Shown: positions 37,819 through 46,067 of the stretch, one piece after another
How positions within the stretch are numbered: position 1 is the first letter of the stretch
How the letters are laid out: every line of letters starts with the position of its first letter
Source: an uncultured bacterium
GTDB lineage: Bacteria; Latescibacterota; Latescibacteria; Latescibacterales; Latescibacteraceae
Direction of reading: 5' to 3'
Assembly: GCA_964497605.1 (NCBI GenBank)
Contig: CAZCDQ010000001.1
Coordinates: forward strand, 1 to 62,717
DNA: 62,717 bases
Notes under the pieces: generated by a model
What the model was told of the DNA's origin: nothing
Seen by the model: the letters and a program-made list of their open reading frames with translations, nothing else
The model's database searches: none
Position numbers and translations under genes: made by a program

Positions 37819-39099
37819 TTAATTAAAATACGGTGGATATATCCGCGTTACCCTTTTTTGACTTTCATAACCCTTGACAAGTTCCATATAGATGCCGATA
37901 TCACGATCGAGATCGGCATTGATGCCGTCGTAATAGAATACTCTGCACGGTAAATTATCGAAATCTTCCGATACGGACGGATAAATTGCCTCCGACACGA
38001 TACCATTCATACATGAAAAAGGGCTGATATCGACAATACCGTCTATACCTTTTCCATGCAGATATACCGACCGGCCGATACTAAGTGACATTTCACCGGG
38101 CGCTCCCTCCGCAGGGAGATAAGGATGTCCCAGTTTTACAATTATTTCCGGATCGGCGGGTTCTTCGTAACCGATGAAATCCTCACGGAACGGTTCCAGA
38201 AGTACATGTTCATCTTTTTTCATAAAATATTTTTTAACTTTTGCCAGTGCATGTTCTCCCGAAAATGATTCGCCTTGACGGATCATTGTATTGGTGCGGA
38301 CCCAATCTGTGTAGAATATCCATTCGCCCACATCGGCGATCCACGTTTCAGCTCCGTGCTTCTCGAGCAGTTTTATCATATTTTCGTTGGCGAATGTGTT
38401 TAGACGGCAGAAAATTTCACCCACCACTCCGATAAGCGGTTTGCCTTTTATATAGTCAGCATCGACTGACCTGAACCGGTCGCGGATTTCCGATAGTTTT
38501 TCCTTCAGCATGTTGATCCGTTTCGAAAGCCTGATGTGTGGGCGTTCGAGGATTGTTTCAAGATCGCTGAGTCCCTGATTATAGACGGCGTAGGTATCAC
38601 CGGGATTTTTTTCATAAGGTCTGGTTTTCAGAAGCATTTTACGGAGTATGTCAGCGCAGATAATACCGACCCAAGCCGTTCTGAAAAACGCGATACCCGC
38701 GCCCTCAATTTCGCTATAGCCGTCCTTGGACGATGGTGAGATAATCCGTATATTACCCATACCGCGCCGTTTCAGGATATTTTTTAAAAGATGAACGTAT
38801 TGGCCGAACCGGCAGGGACCGCTGGCCGTAGGAAGTAAAAACACAGTATTGTCCGGATCGAAATCCTCGGATTCGGTAATTTTTACATAATCGCCGAGTG
38901 TAATTTTTTCGGGAAGGCATTCCTCGCCGGATGAATACATATTTCCAATTTCCATCGTTCGCGTATCAGAGGGCGGAAGCACCCGTGCGTCTATACCAAT
39001 CGAGCGAAATGTCGCCGAAAGAAGCATCGCACCGCTCCTCGTCATTGGGTGCATATATAACCGTTTACCTTTTAGGTTGCTATTACCGTTATGCCTCAC
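37819..39099 (-). CDS. 2-hydroxyacyl-CoA dehydratase-component-like / DUF2229-type protein
   Basis: 426 aa with conserved Cys contexts GEECLPE, SGPCRFGQY and SPFSCMNG. It sits directly downstream of the double activase gene, and in other bacteria the two proteins are often fused. Confidence 0.65.
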   Translation of the reverse strand: MRHNGNSNLKGKRLYMHPMTRSGAMLLSATFRSIGIDARVLPPSDTRTMEIGNMYSSGEECLPEKITLGDYVKITESEDFDPDNTVFLLPTASGPCRFGQYVHLLKNILKRRGMGNIRIISPSSKDGYSEIEGAGIAFFRTAWVGIICADILRKMLLKTRPYEKNPGDTYAVYNQGLSDLETILERPHIRLSKRINMLKEKLSEIRDRFRSVDADYIKGKPLIGVVGEIFCRLNTFANENMIKLLEKHGAETWIADVGEWIFYTDWVRTNTMIRQGESFSGEHALAKVKKYFMKKDEHVLLEPFREDFIGYEEPADPEIIVKLGHPYLPAEGAPGEMSLSIGRSVYLHGKGIDGIVDISPFSCMNGIVSEAIYPSVSEDFDNLPCRVFYYDGINADLDRDIGIYMELVKGYESQKRVTRIYPPYFN

Positions 39100-39138
39100 A
39101 AGTTGTCACCGCTCCTATATATATTATCAGAGAATATG

Positions 39139-42100
39139 CTACTGAAGAAATCCTTTTGAGTCTAAGTATGCCTCGCACCGTGTCATCATGCCCGCATCAT
39201 TGGAATGCCCGTCGAACTGCAGCACAAGAAACGGCCGGCCTAAAGCGTCCCGGACAAAATGCTTGATAAAAGAGTCCGGACCGCATTTGAAGTTGGTCAG
39301 ATAAATAATGTCGAATTGCTTTTCGTTCGACAGATTGACCGCTGACTGAAGGATTTTTTTACCATAATTCCAGTACATATTGCCGTTGACATGATCGATT
39401 CTAATACCGTCGATATCGAAAAAGTCCATCGGAATGACATTAATTCCGTAAATGCTCGCAAGTTTCATCGCCACTGATAGATTGATCGCTTTATCGTATA
39501 TGTTGTACGGACGACCGATGAGCACGATGGCTTTTTCGCCGCTCTCTTTCACACACTCGATCGCCCGTTTCCCCTCATTAATAAGAGCCAGCTTGAAATC
39601 CAGTTGGGCGGCGGTGGCTTTTTCATATGCGCGGTCAGAAACCGCTCGTTTTACACCGTATTTATTCATACATTCAAACAGTTCGTTTCTGAAAATTTTA
39701 TCACCATCCCGAAAATGAAGCGTTGGTGTAATGAATTTATGCTTGTGCGGTCTGAATGCCGGCGAGTTTTCTGCCACATAGGGAAGCGTAGCTCCCCATA
39801 CACAGACAAACGATTCAAGTTCCGGCATATCGGTTTCAGTATTGATAATATTGGGCGCCCATATATATTCAACCCCTTTTTCTATAAGGTCTTTGATATG
39901 GCCGTGGGCGATAGTGATCGGATAACAAGGTTCCGCCACAACACTTTCGATACCCCAGTATGCAATCGATGTATTTGTCTGGTCCGATAGGAGAGGGCAG
40001 AATCCGCATTCGGCCAGATAGACATTGAAAAACGGCAGTCTGTCGAACGTATACATCGACTGCGGGATGCCAACAACAGGACCGGCGCAGCCGTTGTTGT
40101 CATATGTTTTAAGAAGCAGGGTTTCACGTAGTTTGACAAGATCGCCGATTACCGGCTCTTTTCTGACTTTCTTTCGCTTACGGTATCGTTCGGAGCATTT
40201 ATCGCCCCAGTAGGTCTTTTCACCTTCCACAGTGAATTCCTGCACAGTGCAGAAATTGCTGCATCCTTTACAGGTGAATTCGCGCAGCTTGTAATCGATT
40301 TTCGAGAGATCGAATCCCTTAAATGTTGATTCGCCGCCTTTCGATTCCAAAGTGCGCTTCGCAAGGAGTGCGACACCGATTGCGCCTATTACGCCATTGT
40401 GAGGCGGCACAGTGATTTTTTTACCGGTAATTTTGGCGAATGCCGCAGCGACAGAATCGTTATAGGCGGTCCCGCCCTGGAAAAAAATGCTGTCGCCGAT
40501 TTTGCGGTCACCGACAACACGGTTCAGATAGTTATATACGACAGAATATGCCAATCCTGCAATAACATCTTTCTTTTCCGCGCCACGCTGGAGATATGAA
40601 TTGACATCGCGTCCCATAAATACCGTACACCGCTCACCGAGCCGCACCGGGTGTTCCGAGGACAAAGCAAGTTTAGCAAATTCGTCGATAATTTTTACAT
40701 CGAGCTCCTCCGACTGCTCCTCGAGAAATGAGCCGGTACCCGCCGCACATGCATCATTCATAGTAAAATCGACAACAATACCGTCCTCGATCGATATGTA
40801 TTTGGAATCCTGTCCGCCGATTTCGAAAATCGTGTCCACATCGGTATTGAGCATCTTTCTGCTGATATGAAGCGCGCCCGTCTTATGTGCGGTTATTTCG
40901 TCGTTTATCGTGTCAGAGCCCACCAGCATACCGATAAGTTCCCGACCCGAGCCGGTGGTTCCAACACCCCGGATATCGATCTTATGTGCGATCTCCTGTT
41001 CGATTTCCCTGAGACCATTGCCGACAACCTCGATCGGCCGTGCCTGTGTTTTTGTATAAATCTCTTTAACGACATTACCGTCCGTATCGATGACCGCAAG
41101 ATTTGTGCTCACTGAGCCGATATCAATTCCGAGGTAGACCGGGATTTTGCCGGGCGAATCGTGAAATGTGAAAGGTGATGATTTTTTGCGTAAAAGCGCC
41201 ACATTTTCGAGAGAGAGCTTCTCGGAGAACGGGAACGTTTCTTTTGCGACAGATTTTCCAAGCAAGCTCGATTCGGCTGTATGTTCGCTCTCAAGCGCCT
41301 TAAGCGCGGTACCGATGGCTCCGAGCCAGCACATCGTATCGGGAACTGTAATATCTTTCTCTGTGAGTTCGAATACCTCTTTGACCGATTGAAATATTCC
41401 TTCGTTCCGCGCGACACCGCCGATGAACAGCACCGGAGGGACAATGTTCTTTCCGCGGCTGATAACGCTTTTAAAATTGCGGGAAACAGCGTTACTCAAT
41501 CCCTTAAGTACCTCGTCGGGTTTATATCCGCGCTGCTGGGCATGAATCATATCGGATTTGGCAAAAACCGAGCACCGTCCGGCTATCTGTGCCGATTTTT
41601 CGGCTTTAACGACAATCCTGCCAACATCTTCGATCCTGAAGTTCAGCCGTGAGGACTGCTGGTCCATGAATGCGCCAGTACCTGCAGCGCAGTCTCCGTT
41701 GGTACCGTAATCGATGATACAAAGTTTATTTGAACGCAGATCATGTCGAAGGAGCATGTATTTCGAGGTTTCGCCGCCCATTTCGAAAATCGTCCGTGTA
41801 TCGGGATAGCAGAGATTGACCGCCTCCACAATCGCAGAGAATTCATTGACAATCGGTGCGTTATATTGTTGTGAGGCAAGTTTTCCGCCCGAACCGGTGA
41901 ATGCGATGTACAATCCGGAATTTTTGAACGAAGGTATTATATTTGAAAGAAGATCGGATATTTCATCCAGAGGTCGGCCATTGATACGTCTGTATTTGGA
42001 AAGAATGATTTCATAACCGGAATCTGCTGTACCGTGTGAGCATGATTCGAGAGGAAAAAAATCCTTGAATCCCAAAATTTGTTTTACAGTGTTTCTGTGT

Positions 42101-42213
42101 TCAACTCCTGAAACAATGACTGCGGCTTTTATACTGACCGACCCAATATCTATTCCGATTCCGACTGACATGTTGAGTCCATTCCAAAATCTAATCGTTT
42201 CATCATAACTCAA
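39139..42213 (-). CDS. Double BcrAD/BadFG/HgdC-type ATPase (acyl-CoA dehydratase activase-like) fused to a dehydratase-component-like domain
   Basis: Two ASKHA ATPase modules (IGIDIGSVSIKAAV...NGDCAAGTGAFMD and LGIDIGSVSTNLAV...NDACAAGTGSFLE), a Cys linker CKGCSNFC, and a C-terminal DUF2229-like region. The true start may be MSVGIG at 42171. Confidence 0.8.
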   Translation of the reverse strand: MSYDETIRFWNGLNMSVGIGIDIGSVSIKAAVIVSGVEHRNTVKQILGFKDFFPLESCSHGTADSGYEIILSKYRRINGRPLDEISDLLSNIIPSFKNSGLYIAFTGSGGKLASQQYNAPIVNEFSAIVEAVNLCYPDTRTIFEMGGETSKYMLLRHDLRSNKLCIIDYGTNGDCAAGTGAFMDQQSSRLNFRIEDVGRIVVKAEKSAQIAGRCSVFAKSDMIHAQQRGYKPDEVLKGLSNAVSRNFKSVISRGKNIVPPVLFIGGVARNEGIFQSVKEVFELTEKDITVPDTMCWLGAIGTALKALESEHTAESSLLGKSVAKETFPFSEKLSLENVALLRKKSSPFTFHDSPGKIPVYLGIDIGSVSTNLAVIDTDGNVVKEIYTKTQARPIEVVGNGLREIEQEIAHKIDIRGVGTTGSGRELIGMLVGSDTINDEITAHKTGALHISRKMLNTDVDTIFEIGGQDSKYISIEDGIVVDFTMNDACAAGTGSFLEEQSEELDVKIIDEFAKLALSSEHPVRLGERCTVFMGRDVNSYLQRGAEKKDVIAGLAYSVVYNYLNRVVGDRKIGDSIFFQGGTAYNDSVAAAFAKITGKKITVPPHNGVIGAIGVALLAKRTLESKGGESTFKGFDLSKIDYKLREFTCKGCSNFCTVQEFTVEGEKTYWGDKCSERYRKRKKVRKEPVIGDLVKLRETLLLKTYDNNGCAGPVVGIPQSMYTFDRLPFFNVYLAECGFCPLLSDQTNTSIAYWGIESVVAEPCYPITIAHGHIKDLIEKGVEYIWAPNIINTETDMPELESFVCVWGATLPYVAENSPAFRPHKHKFITPTLHFRDGDKIFRNELFECMNKYGVKRAVSDRAYEKATAAQLDFKLALINEGKRAIECVKESGEKAIVLIGRPYNIYDKAINLSVAMKLASIYGINVIPMDFFDIDGIRIDHVNGNMYWNYGKKILQSAVNLSNEKQFDIIYLTNFKCGPDSFIKHFVRDALGRPFLVLQFDGHSNDAGMMTRCEAYLDSKGFLQ

Positions 42214-42252
42214 TGCAAAAAATTATGAATGTAAGTTCATCTTTAGAAAAAT

Positions 42253-42281
42253 AATTTAATGCATTTTGCAATTTGAGTCAA
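42253..42281 (-). promoter_or_regulatory. Candidate sigma70-type promoter for the activase operon
   Basis: On the minus strand: TTGACT (42281-42276), a 17-nt spacer, then TAAATT (42258-42253), about 40 nt upstream of the 42213 start. Consensus match only; the promoter rules of this lineage are unknown. Confidence 0.3.
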
Positions 42282-42335
42282 GCTATTATGAGATTGTAAT
42301 TTATATGCATTTTTTCCGCAATATTTTTTGTCGAG

Positions 42336-42878
42336 TTATTTCGAGAAAGTTATGTCTTTTTGGGACTGGTATTTCCCTTTTTTATCCGCATAGGATGCTT
42401 CGCATATGCCCTCGGCGCCGAGAAACAGTACCTGTGCAATACCCTCGCCGCCGTAAATTTTCACCGGATAGTCGTTTGTGTTTATAATCGAAATGGTTAC
42501 ATAACCCTCCCATTCCGGCTCGAACGGCGTTACATTCACTATCACTCCGCAGCGGGCATACGTCGATTTTCCGAATGTGACCGTAATAATATCGCGGGGA
42601 ATTCTGAAATACTCAATCGACATCCCGAGTGCCGCTGTATGGGCCGGAAGCTCGAGCACATCGCATTCAAAATCCTCATACAAATCCGCCGATTGCATTT
42701 TCGGATCGATATTGCCTTTCCCTTTGAAAAGTTTAAACTTATTAGAAATTCTTATGTCGTAGCCGTAGGCGGATACGCCGTACGAAATCTTGCCCGATCC
42801 CGATACTGCCTCCGAAAACGGCTCGATCATGCCATGTTTGAGGGACATTTCGCGAATCCATCTGTCCGGTTTTGCCAT
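42336..42878 (-). CDS. dcd: dCTP deaminase
   Basis: N-terminal DRWIREM...HGMIEPF and ISYGVSAYGYDIR motifs of the dCTP deaminase/dUTPase fold. 180 aa. Confidence 0.85.
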   Translation of the reverse strand: MAKPDRWIREMSLKHGMIEPFSEAVSGSGKISYGVSAYGYDIRISNKFKLFKGKGNIDPKMQSADLYEDFECDVLELPAHTAALGMSIEYFRIPRDIITVTFGKSTYARCGVIVNVTPFEPEWEGYVTISIINTNDYPVKIYGGEGIAQVLFLGAEGICEASYADKKGKYQSQKDITFSK

Positions 42879-42964
42879 GTGTACTCCTCCTATGATAAAA
42901 GTCTACTCCAAAATGAAATTGGAATGATTTAAGTTGTTCTAATTACACCATTTGTAAAATCTTC

Positions 42965-43001
42965 GTAAATGATATATTCTTTGAGTTTATTGTAAATGAT
43001 A
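42965..43001. repeat. 10-bp direct repeat GTAAATGATA x2 in the dcd upstream region
   Basis: GTAAATGATA occurs at 42965-42974 and again at 42992-43001, with a related TTGTAAAAT at 42952-42960. The repeats lie 87-123 nt upstream of the dcd start on the minus strand. Confidence 0.6.
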
Positions 43002-43070
43002 AATAACAGTTTTTTGTCGCAGCAATAATAGCTTTACCGCTCCTTTACTTTAGTTCATTGAATTAATTTT

Positions 43071-43684
43071 TTAATCGACAGGATGCCCGACCGCCTGACA
43101 GTAAACGATATGAAAGTTTTTGTTGAGTTTCAGGGCCTTTCGTATCGTATCGCGCTCGATGGCGCCCATAACGACTGTCGCCAGCCCCTCCGACGCACAG
43201 TGGAGATAAACGTTCTGGGCAATAAATCCGTTATCGGTCCAGGAGATGTAAAGCATTTCTTCCTCCTGAGCTCTTGTCATCTTGTCAAAATCAGCAATAT
43301 AAAAAAGCATAACCGGTATCACCGAAACGAAGTTTCTATCTTGTGTCAGACCTCTGATATCGACATTTGAGAGAGGAAGGAGCATATTATTTTGTTCGTT
43401 CCAATGCCAGACTCCGTCCTTTGTGACGGTGCGGTTCGTCTGCCGTCGGGCCGGTTTACTTCCCATGCAGCCCAGAGCCGATCGGACAGTTCCTGATTTG
43501 TAAACATGTTTGGTTTGAAAGCCCGGCTTGTCTTGCGGTTCCCGAGGGCATCTTTCAGCGGAATTCCGCCTGTTTTCTGCGGTTGGGGCAGCGCAATCGA
43601 TTATATGTCCTGTGCTGTGATACAAAGCGGAACGCATACAATGCACAGAAGCACGATTACAGCAATACGCGGCCGTTTTATCAT
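43071..43684 (-). pseudogene. Disrupted secreted nitroreductase-family gene (in-frame stop plus frameshift)
   Basis: The ATG at 43684 (SD AGGAG upstream) gives the signal peptide MIKRPRIAVIVLLCIVCVPLCITAQDI, then an in-frame TAA at 43603-43601. The same frame continues SIALPQPQKTGGIPLKDALGNRKTSRAF...LWAAWEVNRPDGRRTAPS. The remainder (VTKDGVWHW...LATVVMGAIE...GHPVD) is in another frame (ORF 43071-43646), with the junction near 43420-43430. Confidence 0.65.
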
Positions 43685-43763
43685 AACATCTCCTATTAAA
43701 CCTGTTCTATGCTACTGTGGAAAGGCTGAGTCTTCCGTTCATTGTCGTTAGTAAAACCGGATA

Positions 43764-44816
43764 TCAATCCTTACCGTTACTCTCGTCAAGTTCGTTCAGC
43801 ATTTTCTGAGCGCCGCGGGTGATTGTCTGGATAACGTCATCGAGCGGACCGGTGAGTGTTGCACCGGCTGCATTTTTATGACCGCCGCCGCCGAGCAGAG
43901 AGGCGATGGTATTGACCGGAATTTTTCCGACAGAGCGGAAACTTACTTTGAAATTGTTGCGTTCTTCCGGCAGCGGTTCCTGTATAATAAGCGCGGCGAC
44001 TATCGTATCTTTAATTCGGATGATTTCCTGTATGATACCCTCAGTGTGCTCGCGGAGTGCGCCCGCTTTATTAAACATTTCCTGAGTTATGTATGCATAG
44101 GAAATTCTGCCGCATTCAGTCGTTTTGATTGTCGACATAGCGAGACCTTTGAGAACCTGACGGGGCAGGGGCATACCGACATTGAGCTTTCTCCTGATGC
44201 TTGAGGTTTTTGCCCCGTGTTCGATGAGCGCCGCTGCGATTCGGTGTGTCGTCGGCGTCGTGTTTCTGTATCTGAAAAAGCCGGTATCCGTTGTAACCGC
44301 GGTCATAAGCGCCGTGGCAATTTTCGTGTCAACGACGGATTTATCGATTGTACAGAATAAATCATATAGCAGGCATCCGGTTGCTGCGGCGGTTGGGTTA
44401 ACGACAACGATGTCCGCTTCGATTACGTCCATATCGGGCTGATGGTGGTCGATCACGATTATCTTTGCGTCATTCTTGAGCAGAAACTCTGTAATTTTCC
44501 CGGCACGTTTGTAATTGCCCATATCAAGGAAGATGACCACATCTTTTTTCCCGGGCGGTTTAGTAAGTTCCTCTTTCACTTTCAGTGATTCAATGGAGCC
44601 TTTGGGGTCCAGAAACCGATACATATCAGGTGTTCTCGAGTAATTGATTACCCGGGATTTTTTATGAATATTTGTGAGGAAACGTTTGAATGCCATCTCA
44701 CATCCGATCGAGTCGCCGTCCGGATTGACATGTGCGGATAAAAAGACTGTCTTGGCGTCTTTGATCGCCGCTTCGATTTTTTTCCATAAAGCGGTATTTT
44801 CAGGAAAATAATTCAT
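43764..44816 (-). CDS. DHH/DHHA1 phosphoesterase (NrnA-like oligoribonuclease / pAp phosphatase)
   Basis: DHH motifs HVNPDGDSIGC and VIDHHQP, plus DHHA1 GGGGHKNAAGA. Confidence 0.85.
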   Translation of the reverse strand: MNYFPENTALWKKIEAAIKDAKTVFLSAHVNPDGDSIGCEMAFKRFLTNIHKKSRVINYSRTPDMYRFLDPKGSIESLKVKEELTKPPGKKDVVIFLDMGNYKRAGKITEFLLKNDAKIIVIDHHQPDMDVIEADIVVVNPTAAATGCLLYDLFCTIDKSVVDTKIATALMTAVTTDTGFFRYRNTTPTTHRIAAALIEHGAKTSSIRRKLNVGMPLPRQVLKGLAMSTIKTTECGRISYAYITQEMFNKAGALREHTEGIIQEIIRIKDTIVAALIIQEPLPEERNNFKVSFRSVGKIPVNTIASLLGGGGHKNAAGATLTGPLDDVIQTITRGAQKMLNELDESNGKD

Positions 44817-44818
44817 AA

Positions 44819-45655
44819 TTAAAGGGTCTCGTAATATTTTTTAAGAAGGAGTGCATCATCCTCAATCGAGGGACTTTCGCAAATAATGAATCCGCACACT
44901 TCATTCTGTTTAAGTACTTGCAGCAACTCGCGGTATTTAAAGTCGGATTCCTTGAGATTCAGATGTTTTTGTTCGCCTTTCTGGCCGAACTTAATGCCGG
45001 ATATATGAAAATGAACCGATTCGAGCGCCGATTTACCGAGTTTTTCACTGACCATATCAATCAGCGACTGAAATTCGTCCGCCGTATTATACTTACCGGT
45101 TTTTGCGTGCTGATGTGACCAGTCGATACAGGGATACACGCCTTCGATATCCTGGGACAACTGCAGAATCTCCTTGATCGTTCCGAACTGAGAATATTTC
45201 CCGGTGAGTTCGGGCCTGATATCCACGTCAACGCCATTTTCATGAACAGTGTTAACAATTTTCTCGATTTCTGTTTTGATTTTACCATAGACTTTTTCTG
45301 GGGCCTGATTAAGATAGAATCCCGCGTGAAAAGTCACTGTTTCGGCGCCGCACATGCCGCCGATAAGGGCGGTTTTGATGACACGCTCTCGCGACATGTC
45401 GAGTTTTTTCTGTTCGGCTGCGTTGAGATTGATGTAGTACGGACCGTGTGCGGAAAGCCGGATACCATTTTCAACGGCGGCTGAAGCTATCTCACGAGCT
45501 TTCGGTTCGCCCGGGAACGTACCATAGACATATTCGAGTTCCATGATATCGAGCCCGAGTTCCTTGAGTCTTTCGATGCCTGATACGGTGTGTTTTTGTT
45601 TCGATGAGTGCGGAATTCCCGCAGTGCCGAAAAGCAGTCTGCCGGTCTGATTCAC
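44819..45655 (-). CDS. AP endonuclease family 2 / endonuclease IV-like TIM-barrel protein
   Basis: Metal-ligand-like positions HGPYYINL, FHAGFY, RPELTG, IDWSHQHA, HFHISG and ICESP follow the Nfo-type order. The exact activity is uncertain. Confidence 0.6.
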   Translation of the reverse strand: MNQTGRLLFGTAGIPHSSKQKHTVSGIERLKELGLDIMELEYVYGTFPGEPKAREIASAAVENGIRLSAHGPYYINLNAAEQKKLDMSRERVIKTALIGGMCGAETVTFHAGFYLNQAPEKVYGKIKTEIEKIVNTVHENGVDVDIRPELTGKYSQFGTIKEILQLSQDIEGVYPCIDWSHQHAKTGKYNTADEFQSLIDMVSEKLGKSALESVHFHISGIKFGQKGEQKHLNLKESDFKYRELLQVLKQNEVCGFIICESPSIEDDALLLKKYYETL

Positions 45656-45885
45656 GTTTTTACCTTTCGGATATGTACGGTGTAAATGCCGTTTTTCTCG
45701 GAGTCGGAAATGTACTCATTTCCGGTCATATCGCACCAGTTTTTCATATCCGGTAAAAATCCGGAATCATCGGAAATAATAGTCATTGTATTATTTACAT
45801 TAAGTTCTTTAATTTTTGCCGCTGTTTCAATGATGGGAACCGGGCAAAACTTACCGACCGTATCGAGTGTATAGTCTGTTTTCAT
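45652..45885 (-). CDS. TusA-family sulfurtransferase-like protein
   Basis: 77 aa with the GKFCPVPII (CPxP) motif near the N-terminus. The stop overlaps the next gene's start by 4 nt. Confidence 0.8.
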   Translation of the reverse strand: MKTDYTLDTVGKFCPVPIIETAAKIKELNVNNTMTIISDDSGFLPDMKNWCDMTGNEYISDSEKNGIYTVHIRKVKT

Positions 45886-45908
45886 GTATTTCTTCCTTTA
45901 AAGTAAAT

Positions 45909-46007
45909 GTGCCTATCGAGTTAACTCCGCAAGTACTCGATATAAGCCTGATTTTAGTTGATTATTATACGATATATTGTTGTTTGCTGTTTTAACTCGA
46001 TAGGCAC
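45909..46007. repeat. 16-bp perfect inverted repeat flanking a 67-nt AT-rich spacer
   Basis: GTGCCTATCGAGTTAA (45909-45924) is the exact reverse complement of TTAACTCGATAGGCAC (45992-46007). The core ACTCGATA recurs in the spacer at 45935-45942. Confidence 0.85.
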
Positions 46008-46026
46008 TAAAGCAAATATGTCAAAA

Positions 46027-46067
46027 TTGTGGTATAAAATCAATCATTTTGTGGTAAATATAATCAA
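46027..46067 (+). repeat. Iteron-like direct repeats TTGTGGTA(N3-5)AATCAA, phased 22 bp apart
   Basis: TTGTGGTA at 46027-46034 with AATCAA at 46038-46043, and TTGTGGTA at 46049-46056 with AATCAA at 46062-46067. Confidence 0.8.

Noticed and set aside
43601-43603. In-frame TAA in the nitroreductase gene as stop-codon reassignment or programmed readthrough
   Set aside because: TAA is used as a genuine stop by many well-delimited genes in this window (for example the SPOR gene at 15780-15782 and mtnA at 52464-52466). The same gene also has a frameshift, so pseudogenisation or an assembly error is the simpler reading.
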